From Seison nebaliae (lineage: Eukaryota): DNA of 55,968 nucleotides. Where the stretch lies: the NCBI GenBank assembly GCA_023231475.1, contig JALJEE010000455.1, positions 1-55,968 of the forward strand, written 5' to 3'. The notes under the pieces are model-generated. The model worked only from the letters and a program-made list of their open reading frames with translations, made no database searches and had not been told where the DNA came from. This document shows positions 11,986 to 25,755 of the stretch, piece by piece (position 1 is the first letter of the stretch; the number at the start of each line of letters is the position of its first letter). A program made the translations under genes and the position numbers.

Positions 11986-14900
11986 TCATATATACACATT
12001 ATTCCCCATACACAGACAAGACAACTGCTGATATGTACCAAAATTTTGTTGAAAACAGCCATTTATAAGTGCAGATGTATGTGAGAAAAAGAAATAATAG
12101 AGTCGGAATTGAAATAGATCAGTTTACTTTTTCATAACACAACATCATAGTATTTACACAAATTTTATAAACCTATGTAAACATACACATACCTACATAG
12201 TGATATCGGTCTATTACATTTTGGTCGACATTATAGTGTTGAGACATAAGTACTGTTAAATATAATACAATTGGACGCAAGAAATAAGAGAGGCGAAGAT
12301 CGAAAAAATTTTCAATATCATATTAATTCAGTGAAAGATTGTAAAATATTCACAAATTTAGCATATATTTCAAAACCAAATTGCACAAATGAGGTTATTT
12401 AATAATATTTTATCAGAACTGAATTTTCTGGGTATCTAAAATCAGTAATTTGCATAACATGAAGTATGTATGAGAATGGAGAACTGTCTTTACTGAGCAG
12501 AAAATAAAAAGGCTGAGGGCTGCCCTTCCCAACCGATTAGTTTTGGACTAACCTCCTTCATGGTTTAAAAATTTTTTTAGGAGAAGAATAGGAATATAAA
12601 TTTTCTATTACATTGTCCTGTTAGTTTTTTATCCAATTATTCTATAATAATCTAGAATAATTGTCCTTTCGAGCTGTCCTGTTTCGATTTACAAATCAAA
12701 GAAGTTGAAATGTCCTTTATTCCTTCTATCTTACGCTTCTTTTGTTCTCTCCATCCATCGAATGAATTAAATTATACACTAATACTTCTCCCACACGACG
12801 TATGTCAACAGCATTAACTAATTGAAAATATAACGAAATTTATTCAATATGTCATGGAGGAATCCATCTAGGGAAAGTTATCAGATAAATAAAATTATAG
12901 AATTTATTAACATTAAAGTACTTTTGGCAAATTTACATATATCTGGTGATATTTATGATAATGATATCGAAAATCATATGTGCAGATACAGAAAATGTAA
13001 ATGTCAATAAATCTGCTAGTTTTTACTAACTGCACTTTGCACTAACTAACAGGAAATATAACTCACTTTCCGAAAGACATTTGGTATTACTCTACTTCAG
13101 AACTCCATTATATTTCTTCCCAAATATTCTTTTATAGAAATTCCAACAAAAATTATTAATTAACAAACATTAGGATAATAATTAATATTATTACTCATAA
13201 TGGAAGACAAATAAATAACTTAATAATTTCGATTGTTGGAATTATTTTCGCAATTAATACGAACAATAAACAATTTTTGACTAACTAAATGTCCATTTAT
13301 TTAAACAAGTTCTATGGACGAATTGTCTCACTTCGTTAAATGTTGTATTGATATAAATTATTAAAATATTCAGGTTTCTAATACTTCGTTTTGGAGAGTA
13401 GAATGAATGGTGAAAGTGTGCAAGTGAGAAAGATGAAATGTGATGCGTGCGGAGCGAAAAGAAATGATTTTGATGAAAAGAGATCAATTGAAAATTGGAA
13501 AGAAGAAATAGAATGATTACACCGGATAATAATGATGGAAGGAGAAATGTAATTGTAGATGAATTTTATTCCATCATGATGATGAATGATGATGCATTTG
13601 ATATGCAAAAGTAAATAAGTTCTTGTCATTGCTTCTTATCAGTTTTCGAATTATCATCAGCACCATCTTTCGTATTTGTATTAGTTCATAAAATTGCATG
13701 AAAGCATTTTTGATTGAATATCATTACAAATTTACATGTCAATCGAGCAAGCGAACAATAATAATGGAACAAGAAAAAGATAGCAAATATTTTCCTATTT
13801 ATTTAGTTTGACGATTCATTAATAATCTCCCCCTAACGAATCTACGACGCTGTTTCACTTCTCCTCTTTTTATTTAGCGGGCAAACTCTCATTCGGTTAT
13901 TGAGTCTATAAATATTTAAATTAAATGAATTTATCAAACTAGAGAGTTGAAGAAAGGAAAATGTTTTTTGTTTGCGCAGTTTTCTTTCACTGCTCTTTCT
14001 TTTAACATTATCAGACTTATGATAATTTTGATGGATATTTCAGAAAGATAATTCATGTCACAAACAGAAAATCCAATAATTGATGTATAAATCCTTTTCT
14101 CATATAAATTTCTCTATTTTTGACATGAAGCTTCAACAGTTTGGGTACGACAAGAAAGTACAAATTAATAATAGTAGAACTAAACAAAAAATTATTTGGG
14201 AGATACATTGAAATTTGGAAGAAAACTGTTTTGGGTTGATTTAAATTCTATATTTATAGTAAAGAATAAATAAAAAAACAAAACAATTCTTCCTTAAAAC
14301 GAAACATAAAAGATTATTAGTTAAGAAGAAATGTTATATAAAGTATGATGTAATTTCTACGTTGAATTCCTCATGTGAAGTTGAACGAATGGGAGAATGT
14401 TAGTAAGTTACTTTCCGTTAAAACGATACATATGACCAACTTTAAGTGACAGGACATGGTATCAGCAACAACTGTCGAAGAATGTTTGTCGATGAAGCGT
14501 TTGATAGTGTTGTGAAAAGAAATGATAAATCAAGAACTGTTTGACTTTTTAGGAAAATAACGGTTTTTATTTCGGGAATAACTAGTCATTTAGAGACTTT
14601 CTCTCAAGAAAAACTATTGAAAATACACAGAAACTTTTTTTTGAGAATGTGATGATTAAAAAAAAATTAAGCTAATTACTTGTCTAATCTATTAAGAATA
14701 AATTAATTTTTCTTCAATTTGAACACATACGAACATAAAAATTCTTCCGTAATAAAATCTGTTACCTTTTTATTCATTTGAAATATTCTTCCTCTTATGC
14801 ATCTGGTAATATTATAAATTTCATTTTAAATTAATAACTATTTAAATTTCATGGCAATTTTTTAAAATTTTCTTATTTCTTGAAAGAAAAAATTTAGCTC

Positions 14901-15943
14901 CAAACTTTGGGAGTTAAGATCAAAAATTTCTTTCTTTGATTTAATACTATTTGAATTATCCCTAACGACAACAAAATTCAGATCAGCTCTAACATATTTT
15001 GATTATTTATTAATAAGAATAATTAAATAGGAAATTATTCGGTTAAAGGAGGCAATAAAAAAAACATAAATTAACATAATTTTATTGTAGATATTTTATA
15101 TGTTACAAAGAACAATTTTATTAGTAATAAACTCGTCAATGATAATCGTAATATCTTTTTCCTACGTAAAGAAATTCTGATACTGAATTGTGGAATGTTT
15201 TTCATTTATATTCGTATGATATATATTTGAAAGAAAACAAGACAAGAGAAACACATAATAAAATTGGTCAAATATGTCGATGTAATCAATCATCTGAAGT
15301 TGATGAGGCTAAATAAAAAATATTTTTTCTTTTCTTGATTTCCAACAAGAGTTAAGGAACGACAGAAATGGAATGAAAGAAAATTATAAATTGATGGAGA
15401 ATTAATCAATCTACTTCTTTAGAAAGAATTATATATAGAAGGTTCAGATTATATGATATCGAAGAAGGAAATATCTGTGAGTAGACGATGTTCATTATTA
15501 GACGAGGAAGATTAATATTATTTTGTGTAATTATTCGGATGATTAGAAGAATGAGGAGGAAGGATAGACACCTGGTTCTATTCCGTTTTAGAATTCACGC
15601 ACTTTCCTGTGGAACTATCTACAATTATATACGTAGAACACTCACAGTCAGATGAACACACAAGAATATTTATTAATTCCCATTTAGATAATTTAATGTT
15701 ATTCCTATTATGTTTTGTATGTCCATTGATGTTAACCTACATGTGAACATTCCCAAATGTCTGTAAGAAGAAATATTATTAATTTTCAAGTAAAACTTAT
15801 CGATAGCTCTAAAAACTTAACTCAAGAAGATGAGAAAAACTATTGACATAAAATAGATTAGCCTTAAGTAGGAAGTGATGATAGAATAATGATGCAGATT
15901 GCCAAAGTGAAGACGTAAGTAGTCTTTAGAACTATATATTATA

Positions 15944-15945
<2 letters not shown>

Positions 15946-15976
<31 letters not shown>
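15946..15976. repeat. (TA)n microsatellite
   Basis: Seen directly. Confidence 0.9.
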
Positions 15977-15979
<3 letters not shown>

Positions 15980-17090
15980 TACAACAACGTACATATATAA
16001 TTGCCTGTGAAATTATTTAATGTATCCGTTAAATTTATAACAGCTTCCTAAACGCAAACTTGTTCCGTCTTCATAAGTTTCTGGCAACGAATAGTCAAAA
16101 TAACAGATACAATTAAATTGTAGAAAAATAATCTATAGCCATATGGTTACTATGAATGGGGATTCGATACAGAAACCTACAATTCTACAAAAACAAATTA
16201 TGATTAATTAATCGAAATTTCATAGACACTCCTAAACGTATTCCAATTTTCATTAATCCAAGTTAAGGAATAATTCCGGAATCGCTTGCACACAAACAAA
16301 TATGGTAACAATAAGTTCGTCATATGTATTCTATTTCTCCATATAAGTATGGAAGCATAAATATATTATTGCTATTGTAAGCTTCGGGTGTCAGTGATAA
16401 TGACTTAATAATAATTGGACTACAAATAAAATAAAACTAACGGATATTCCAGGAGAACTCTTTGTTAGAAAAGGTGTTCTTCCACATCATAAAATTAATA
16501 TCATTGATAGTTTTGGAAAATCAATGTCGAATGCAACGCTTCAACACCAAATGTTTTTAATATCGTTTAGAAATGTAGAAAAAAATAGAACAAAGAAAGA
16601 AAATTAATCAGGTGAGAATACGAAAATTAGGAAAGAATTGCGGAAAATCGACAAAAAAATTCTGCATTTGTTAATAAAAAATGTTCTTTTTAATTTTCTT
16701 CAATAACTTTTTAAAAGCTCATAAATTCAAGAAACGGTTTTAAAAAACATTAATAAAAACATAACAATAATTAAAGAGATCATTTTAAACGTAAGAGCTG
16801 TAGTTAAATGTAAGTAAATACTTAAGCAAGTTTAAAAATTGTTAAATTATAAATTGATAATTTAAGCTAAAAGGTTAATATGTATAACAAGAAATTTGTT
16901 TAAAATTTTTTTGTTGGATGATGAAATATAGCAACATCTTTCCTAAAAATATCGACGATCCTAAAATAAATGTATTTGACTAAATTCCTTATGGGTAAAT
17001 TAAGAGAAAAAAAATAGCTCACTGTACAAATTATCAGTAATAAGTTTCAGTCCAATGCCGATTTCATCTGGTATGTTGATCAATTTCCGG

Positions 17091-17395
17091 TAACGATGTC
17101 CAAACCATAACGAAAAGAAATAGATTCAAACCGATTCTGGTTTTAGGTTGGAAAAAATCAGACCCTCAATTTCGCTTTTTATACAAACACTTGTCGTTCC
17201 TTTATTGCGAGAAACATAACGATAAGTAAGAAAAATACCAAACAATATTACAGCTATGCTGAACATGTGCTATATTTATGTTGTATTTATATAACCAATA
17301 CCTGTATTGTTTTCTTTATTTCTTACTTATCGTTCTGCTTCTCACAGAATTTTATTCCCATCTAAAATCTTTTCGCTATTGTTTGGACATCACTA
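17091..17395. mobile_element. hAT-type MITE (305 bp) with 8-bp target-site duplication
   Basis: Imperfect TIRs: TAACGATGTCCAAACCATAACGAAAAGA on the left and, reverse-complemented, TAGTGATGTCCAAACAATAGCGAAAAGA on the right. Flanks are ATTTCCGG (17083-17090) and ATTTCCGA (17396-17403), a 7/8 match. There is an internal inverted repeat of about 39 bp (core AACGATAAGTAAGAAA). Confidence 0.85.
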
Positions 17396-19317
17396 ATTTC
17401 CGAGAAATATCTAAAAAAATATGATTTAATTATGAATAAAACCCTATTTATATCTCTATTGTCAGCCGTTCGGAAGTGTTACAGTTGATTATATCATATT
17501 AGATGCAAAGTGAAACGAAGTTGCCAACATATATTCATTGGCAGTTTATTGCGGAGGAAAGTATCAGAATACACAACGATTAAAATTCCGATGTAACATA
17601 TTTCTCCACTTATTTGAGATGTTATCTTTTTGAATAAAATCGGCAACTTTAAAGATAAAGTGAAGACTAATGGGAAGAAATGGTAAATAATTGGGATCTT
17701 TTAATGATCTTCTAATAATGAACAATAATGATTCGTTAATATATGGAGTTTTTATAAAAATAATACGAATTTCTTCCTCCAATAAATTCCATGTACATCC
17801 ACCTCCCCAAGGTACACATAGCTCTAGTTAAATTTACTCTTCTTTCTTCACTTACATTTATTTAAGGTTGCATTGAAGAATTAGTGTTTATCTATCGATC
17901 TATCTCCAATATTTTCCACTGGAACATATCAACATAAGCAAATAGGAGAGAAGATACAATTCCGATAAGAAGAGAATTCATTAATTAACTGACAATGAGA
18001 GTGAGAATTTGTTACATTAGTTAACTGAAGGTAGCTTAGCTAGATACGTAGTCATCGTGTCTAAATCGATTATAAGTAAAAAAATGGAGGAGACTGGTGA
18101 TGATCTTTATCATTCTAATTTCTATAACAATCAATCATTCATCTATCAATCTACCTTTCCTCTAGAGATATGTAGTCCTGTGAACATTGAAAATTAATGA
18201 CAAAGATATTTTAGAAGAATTTCAGAATGTGAATCTCCGTTTTCGATAAGAGAGAATTTGTTTCATGAAAATAATAAATTGTTCTTCCTTAGAATAATCA
18301 TTAGTCGGAAATGATTATTCCATTTCATCGAATAAACATGGGAAGAACGATAGAAAACATATCAATTCCTTTTAGGGATTGCTCGTTCGTCGGACGGGAA
18401 AAAGAATCGTAGATGAACATATCAATTTCAACATAATTATTCTTCCAGAGTTCGATTCTTCAGGTATTCGAATTTTTATCACTCAATCGAAACAAAAGAA
18501 CGAATATATTCTTGTGGAATAACTAGAGAATGAAGAGTTCTGTGAAATAATAAAAAAAAACTTTCGAATTGCAAATGAGTTAACTGACATTTCTCATAAT
18601 GCCTTTCCTGGGTTCAATTACTTTCCTTTATTACATAAAAAGAAATTACACATAAAAATTTATTCAATTTTATCATATAATTGACAAACATTCACTTCAC
18701 CTTAATTTCTTAAGATAATTCTAATATGTCAGTTTTAATGTAGTGAACTTTCACTTTCTTACACTGGCCTCATCAATCAGATTAACACAACTCGATCTTC
18801 TGCCAAAAGAACATGGTTGCAAACGGAAAATATTCGCAAAAAATAAAAAAAGACCTTTTGAGAAGAAGAAAAAAATTTTATCACAAAATTGAAAAAGTTT
18901 AATATTCGACATCCATCCATTGAACATAAAGAACGGAGGAAGTAAAATAGAAATATAAATTACTAATATTTATTATGTCATTCATTAAATAATATAAGAA
19001 ATTGGCATTTGGAGAATGGGATGTGAAGGATAGAATGCAGAAAATCTTAAATCTATTTCGTATACGTTTATGACTCCTCTCCTCTCTCCTTATAGAGTCT
19101 GTAATATAGAGACAAGAAGGATAGTAAATGTTGAGGAATAAAAATATTTGATAGAATAATAAAAAAGAAGTAATGGAATTGATATGTAGTTAAAAGTGGA
19201 TGAATAAATGAAAGAAGAATAAGAAATGAAAAAAAATTAAATTATTCCCAAATTTCTAAAATTTAAATATTAAGCTCATTAATCTCTAAAGCATGATTAA
19301 TCAATAGAATATTGATA

Positions 19318-20416
19318 ATGTTATACAAGATTCTCACCAGGAATATTCATTATTCACTCTATAAACATCCAGTACGGAAGACGATATTCCATGATATTCA
19401 TTCACTGTTGAAAAGTGGAAATAGTGACTTAAATTTGGCAACTCAATATTTCTTCGAAGATGGCAAATGTGTACGACCAATTATCTTGTATGAATTTAAT
19501 TCAGTCTTCTCTCATATCATTCCAACATTCAATTCATCATCTCAAGTGAATAACCAAATGAATTATTCATATAAATTATGTATGATCGTCGAAATGATTC
19601 ATACGGCTAGTCTAATTCATGACGATGTTATCGACAATAGTATATTAAGAAGAGGACGACGGACAATTGAGAATATTCGGTCGACACCTCACGCAACATG
19701 GACAGGTACATATATTTTAGGTGCTGCCTCCTCTCTACTAGGAACTATTCAAATTCCTCAAATCACCATATTAATATCTCAACTAATCGATGATTTGATC
19801 AAAGGAGAATTATTGCAAATGGGAATCCGATTTTCCATCAAACAACGATTGGACCATTATTTGAAGAAAACTTATTGCAAAACAGCTTCCTTATTTGCTA
19901 ATGGTTGTGAAGCGATTGCTGTCAACAATCTGAATAATAATTCATCTTTAATCACATCTAGTAGGGTGAACGATATTATTAAATTATCAAATACTTTCGG
20001 TAAATCATTTGGAATGATGTTCCAATTAATTGACGACTTATTAGATTATGAAGCTGATCAGAATGCCGTTGGTAAACCAACAACGGCCGATCTTAAATTA
20101 GGATTAGCTACCGCTCCGGTGCTCTTCGCAGCAGAAGATTTCCCTCAACTCAACGAAATGATCGAGAGGAAGTTTAACGAAGTCGATGACGTCCAATTGG
20201 CTTTCGATTATGTCTCACAAGTTATTTAAATTATTTGAAAAAAAATGATGAAATTTTTAGAGTAATGGAAAAATTGAAACGTTCAATTTGGCGAAGAAGT
20301 ATGCAGATGAAGCAAAAAGGAATTTGGAAGAAATCACTTCATTAGTTACAGGTGATCGAACACAACTAAATGTTTTGTACAAATATGTCGACGAAGTTTT
20401 ATACCGAAAAAAATAG
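19318..20416 (+). CDS. PDSS1: All-trans polyprenyl (decaprenyl) diphosphate synthase subunit 1
   Basis: Motifs GKCVRP, EMIHTASLIHDDVID..LRRG, KTASLFAN, FQLIDDLLD and GKPTTADLKLGLATAPVLFA. A 40-nt intron at 20221-20260 leads to the last exon SNGKIETFNLAKKYA...VLYRKK*. Confidence 0.92.
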
Positions 20417-20922
20417 AAAGAAAATTTGTAATTTTTAAATTATTTGAATGTGTGCATAAATGATGATGAATTGAAAACGATTGAATAATTGAGATGTCGT
20501 TTTATTCATTTTCAGTTCTCAACTTTTTATGGACGATTTGTGGAAGGAAGGTTTATTTCCTTTATTCAAATTATAAACTTTGACACTTATTTGAATTTGA
20601 AGTTTAAGCTTCGAAAAATGAAGAATAAGTTATAAACTGATACACCGACATTTCTACATTGTTACTTGTGATTCACTATTTGTGAATCATCCTTCCATTT
20701 TCTTTTCGTCTTCATTCAATCTCAATCGAACTTGACTGAAATAATAATCGAACAAATTTCTTTTTGATTTTCTCTCATTCAGACATTCTTCTAATTGGGA
20801 CATTCCTTCAGTTTTCCTTCAAACCGTTCAATTTGTGTGAAAGTGGTGTGTCATTACACTTTCTCGCTTAGTACTATTCCGAAGATTATTCTTAGTCGTC
20901 ATATTGGTCGATGTGAGTCTGA

Positions 20923-23900
20923 ATGATGAAGGATCTTCATCACAATGATAAAACGGAAATTCCCCGTCAATTATGTTTCCTTTGTAATTACGAGTTGGAG
21001 AAACGGAGAATTTTGAGATATCAGACAATTATTTATAAAATTTGTCGATGTAGATTGATGATCGATTATCAGTTTGTCGATTATATCATCATTTCGTTGC
21101 GTCATCTGATTTGTGGTGTTTGTTGTATAAAATTGTTTGTTCGATTCACTTATTTTTATTGGCGCACTAATGGATGGTCGAGAAATATCGAAGGGGAAAA
21201 TGATGTTCCATTTCTTCGATTTCTGGAAAGTAATGAGAAATCCAACACAATTTTCGAATGGTTCGTTAATGGTTTCATTCATTTCTATGACAAATTAAAA
21301 GAATCGAAACAATTCAATGGAGAAATGTGTTATGGACGTATAGATAAAATAATTCCGAAAGAAAAATCTTCCTCCAACGACAACGACGACAACGACGACG
21401 ACACAACTTTTACTCCGTATCAAATCCAACAAGAAATGAAATCGATCGCAACTAATTCTTGGGAATTCGATCGTGATATCTTCTGTCAAATATCTCAATT
21501 AATTGCTGAGACGAAAATCTTTTGTTTTCCTATCAATCTCCATATGCATTATGTATTAAGTAATCAGCAATTCTTGTTGGATGATGATGTTGAACAGGAG
21601 AAGAATGTTTCAGTGAAAAGAAAAATTTTAATGAAAACATTTAACGAATTAAATGGGAAAGAAGTAAAGAGATTACATCGAGAATTATTAAAGAATCGAA
21701 TGAATGATATTCTTCAATTTACTGAATATTCATCTGAAGAACAAAAAAAATCGCCTGAAAATACTTTATCGAAATATATGGCATTAACAGATGGAGAAAT
21801 GAGTTCAATTGAACAATCAAAATATCAATTATTTGGTAACATCCGTCAATATTATTCGATTGATAATTTCAATATTTTGGAAAATGGGAATGATCATAAT
21901 AAAATGAATAATAATGGAAGAAAAGGAGATGAATCAACAGACAACTCATCAGATTGTCATTCATATCTCATGGATTTCTTGTGTGGGAAAGATGATGATG
22001 CCAAATATTGGAAAGTGTTGAGAACGGGAGAAGTCGAACGAGAAATTGTAAGAATTCGAATGAGTAATGATAATAAATATATGTTAAAATTATCTCCATT
22101 TATAAAGAGATTTCCAGGAATAAATGAAAATAAATCCGTATCAAAATTAATGGATAATTCTCGATTATCTAAGAACTTTAAAGAAAATTTCGGTAAGAAT
22201 GCTAAACGTTATATGAGAGAAGAATTTCTCTTTGTTAATCGTCGTCGAAAAGATGAGAATCTCTCACATCTTTATCAGTCATTAGCTGAAACTATCGAAG
22301 TGTTGTTGAGTAAGAAGAAGATAGTGAGAACTGTTATTTATTGGGAGTTCGATATTCATTGGAAAGAAGAGGATTCATTATCATTGATTGAATATCGGAA
22401 AAGGAGTTATGCTGAAATCGAGAAGAATACACCAGGGAAATTGCTCATCATTTTTGGTTGGCATGAGAAAGAGCATTACGTGAAATATTATGAGAATAAT
22501 TTGTTGAAATTAAATGAAAGTTTTCCCTCCATTAATTGGAATGAGGATGAATCGATATTAGATATTGTTTTCTTGACATTGAATATAAATTATCAATTTC
22601 AATGTCTCTCAGCCATATATCTCTTTCAATTCTATCAATCCAATTATTACAATTGGTTATCGGATGAGAAAAGATCGAGATTAGAGAAAGCTATTATGAA
22701 AGGAGAATTTAATGAGAAGAGATTTATTCAATGGCTTCAAACGAACATGTTATCAAATGAATATGTTTTCCTTGAAATTTGGGTGAATCGACTTCTCGCA
22801 TTATTATGGAATGGTGGTCGTGATCGTGATGGTATTCGATTACGTGCTCTATTTCATGTTACTCTTCAATTACAACAATGGTTCCCTACACATGGTTCAT
22901 TGATTGTATTGTTGTTGGATAAAGGAATGAGAGTTTTATTGAAAGAGATCAGAAAATATTTCTTGGAAAAAATACGACGAATGGAAGAAGAGTTTAATGA
23001 TGAAATGGCAATTATTGTCATCAAGAATATTTCAGATACATATATCATTGTGAGGAATGTAAGTGAAATTTTAAATTATATATTTAATATTGATGATATA
23101 CAACCGCATAAAATGTCGGATGAACGACCGAAAAATTTGAATGTGAATGATCGTCAATTAATTTATTCGTTCAATTTCCATCATCAATTCATCCAATTAT
23201 TCACATTAATCTTCTTCAATCATGAAGGCGTTTATACGTGTTTGAGGAATGTTAGGAAATATGTGATTGAACGACGTAAACGATTATTGAATGATACGAA
23301 GAAGAAATCGAATGATAAGAATATTTTGAGGAATTTTTCTTTCCTTCTTTATCTCAATCAGATGTTACATATATTCCGAGATATTGTCATTGAAATCGAA
23401 GAAGATTTCAAAGTTTATTTCTTTTTGAAAAATCGACGTAAGAAGACGATTAAGGAATTGCGTGGTAAACGTCAATATGATCGATCGACGGAAATCAGCG
23501 TTTTAGAAGATTTTCATTCTGCTTTACAAATGTCTTATTTGTTGGCGTCGGAAAGATTAAAAATAAGTTTTCCTTATGAACCAAATTGTAAATCGAATGA
23601 AGAATATGATTATTATTGGTTGAATAAGATGGATCGATTAACGATTCATCAATTTCTCGATCAAGAACGTGTTAAAGATAAAATGTCAATGATTGAAGAT
23701 GAGACGACGGAAATGGTTCGACAATTAGTCTCCTTGTATATCGATATTGTTAATTATCGATCATTAAATGATTATTTAATGAATGAGATGATGGAATTCC
23801 CAGCATCAATATTAATCGTTAATTCGAAAAGTATCGATTGTCCATCTAAATCGGAAAATTTGAAAATGAACAAATCGAATTCACATGAAATGATAAAACG

Positions 23901-25708
23901 AGGAAAAAAGAAGAAACCACATCAAACTCGTCGTGAAAAGAAACAAGCAGCTCTCATTCAAGAGAATGGAATGGTTGAAAGTGATAAAGGTCGTAGTGTT
24001 GATTCTATTTATCATATGTTCAATGAACATCCACAAAATAATGATATTGTTCGTATTCCCATTATGGATATTGATAATGTTGATGGTGATGATGATGGAG
24101 AAGAATTGATGATTATAACTGATCGAACTAATATCGAATTAAAAGGTCGATTTCATAATTTGATTCGAGATGAAGATTTTCAAGCGGCTAATGAATTTCT
24201 TTCCGTATTCGTTTCCAAAGTTGATTACAAGAATAGTATTTTAGATCATGAACAACAATTCAAATTAAAAAAGAAACGATTACGAGAAAATCATTTGAAA
24301 AGTTTAAAACAATTAGCACAATTGGAAGAGCAGAAACATATGATGGAAGAGGAATATAATATTCTAGAGAAGAATCTCGAACAAAATGTTTCTGGAGATT
24401 GTGAAGAATTGAATGAAACAATTAATAATCAAACTGATCCATATTATCGGGAAATGTTAAAAAGGAAATCAGCAAAACATTTCCTTCATCAACAAGATTT
24501 GAGTGATGAGAAGGAAGCTGTTAATCTTTATTATCGAGAAACGAGAGCGACAACTTATAAAGAAGTGATTGGAAATCTTTTAGATTGCAATGAAGGAAAG
24601 AATGAAATGTCTGAAGATGATTTATCATTCGAAAATGAAATTGGTACATTATATAAACATCAAATTTATGAGACTAATATCAGAAAATTATGTGAGAAAT
24701 TTCGGAAACAATTACAACGAATTTATCAGTCTAATGATTTCAATGTTCTCTTCTTCTCCAATATTCTTTATGTTCTCGCCAGTTCAACATGTTCCTCTTT
24801 TTTCAAATCAGCAATCAAATGTGACGAAGGACGACAAATGTTATGGAATACATTCATCCATATGGATAATCGAACAGCGACATATTTATCGAAAGAATCA
24901 GATGATCCAGATAAAATGGCAAATCCGATCGATGAATTTGCAGAGATAAATCCGAGTGATTTTTTCGTCATTTTCCCCGAAAAAGAATTGGGTTGTAGTC
25001 TCATTTTAGATTACATTTCCAATTCGTCATATATCGATGATGAATTAAATAGTTTTATTTATGAATTTACGAAAAAGATTAATGAGATTAAATGTAAATA
25101 TTTGAAGAAATGTCGAGAGAAGAATGGGAAATTAACGGACGAGAATCTCACTGAGAAATTTCATTCGTTTAATCCATTAAAATGTCGAAATGTGAATTGT
25201 GAACAATTTGAACATTCGAAAATCGATTGTCCTTATCGTTCTTATTCATTAGACGATTTCATTCATTCATATCAACATCATCAACATTTTCTGGTAGTTC
25301 AAACGGTTCTCGAATACATATCAGATAATGATGTCACATCATTCATTCATGGATTGAAAGATAATTATTTCATACAAGAACGACAAATATTTCCGATGAA
25401 ATCAATTCGAGACAAATGGAATATTAATAATCGCTTTTATTCTCATCATCATCGACAATTTGATGGAGTGGTTGTACATTTTGCTAATTTCATGAATTAT
25501 GATTCGAACGCAATTTCACCAAATGACGACATCGATTTAGATAGAACATTAACAGAATCAGATAATTATGATTTGGATGATGTGATTCTCAATAAAAAGT
25601 TTTTGATGAGTTACCAAAAAAATGAAGGGAAAATGGCCAATGATTCTAATTCGATAAACACCACAACAATTACAACAGCTACGAGTGAGAAAATAAATAA
25701 TTCTAAAG

Positions 25709-25755
<47 letters not shown>

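Noticed and set aside
20529..20556. MDDLWKE mini-exon with a GTT donor as an upstream exon of the giant gene
   Set aside because: No phase-compatible acceptor was found that joins it to the long ORF.
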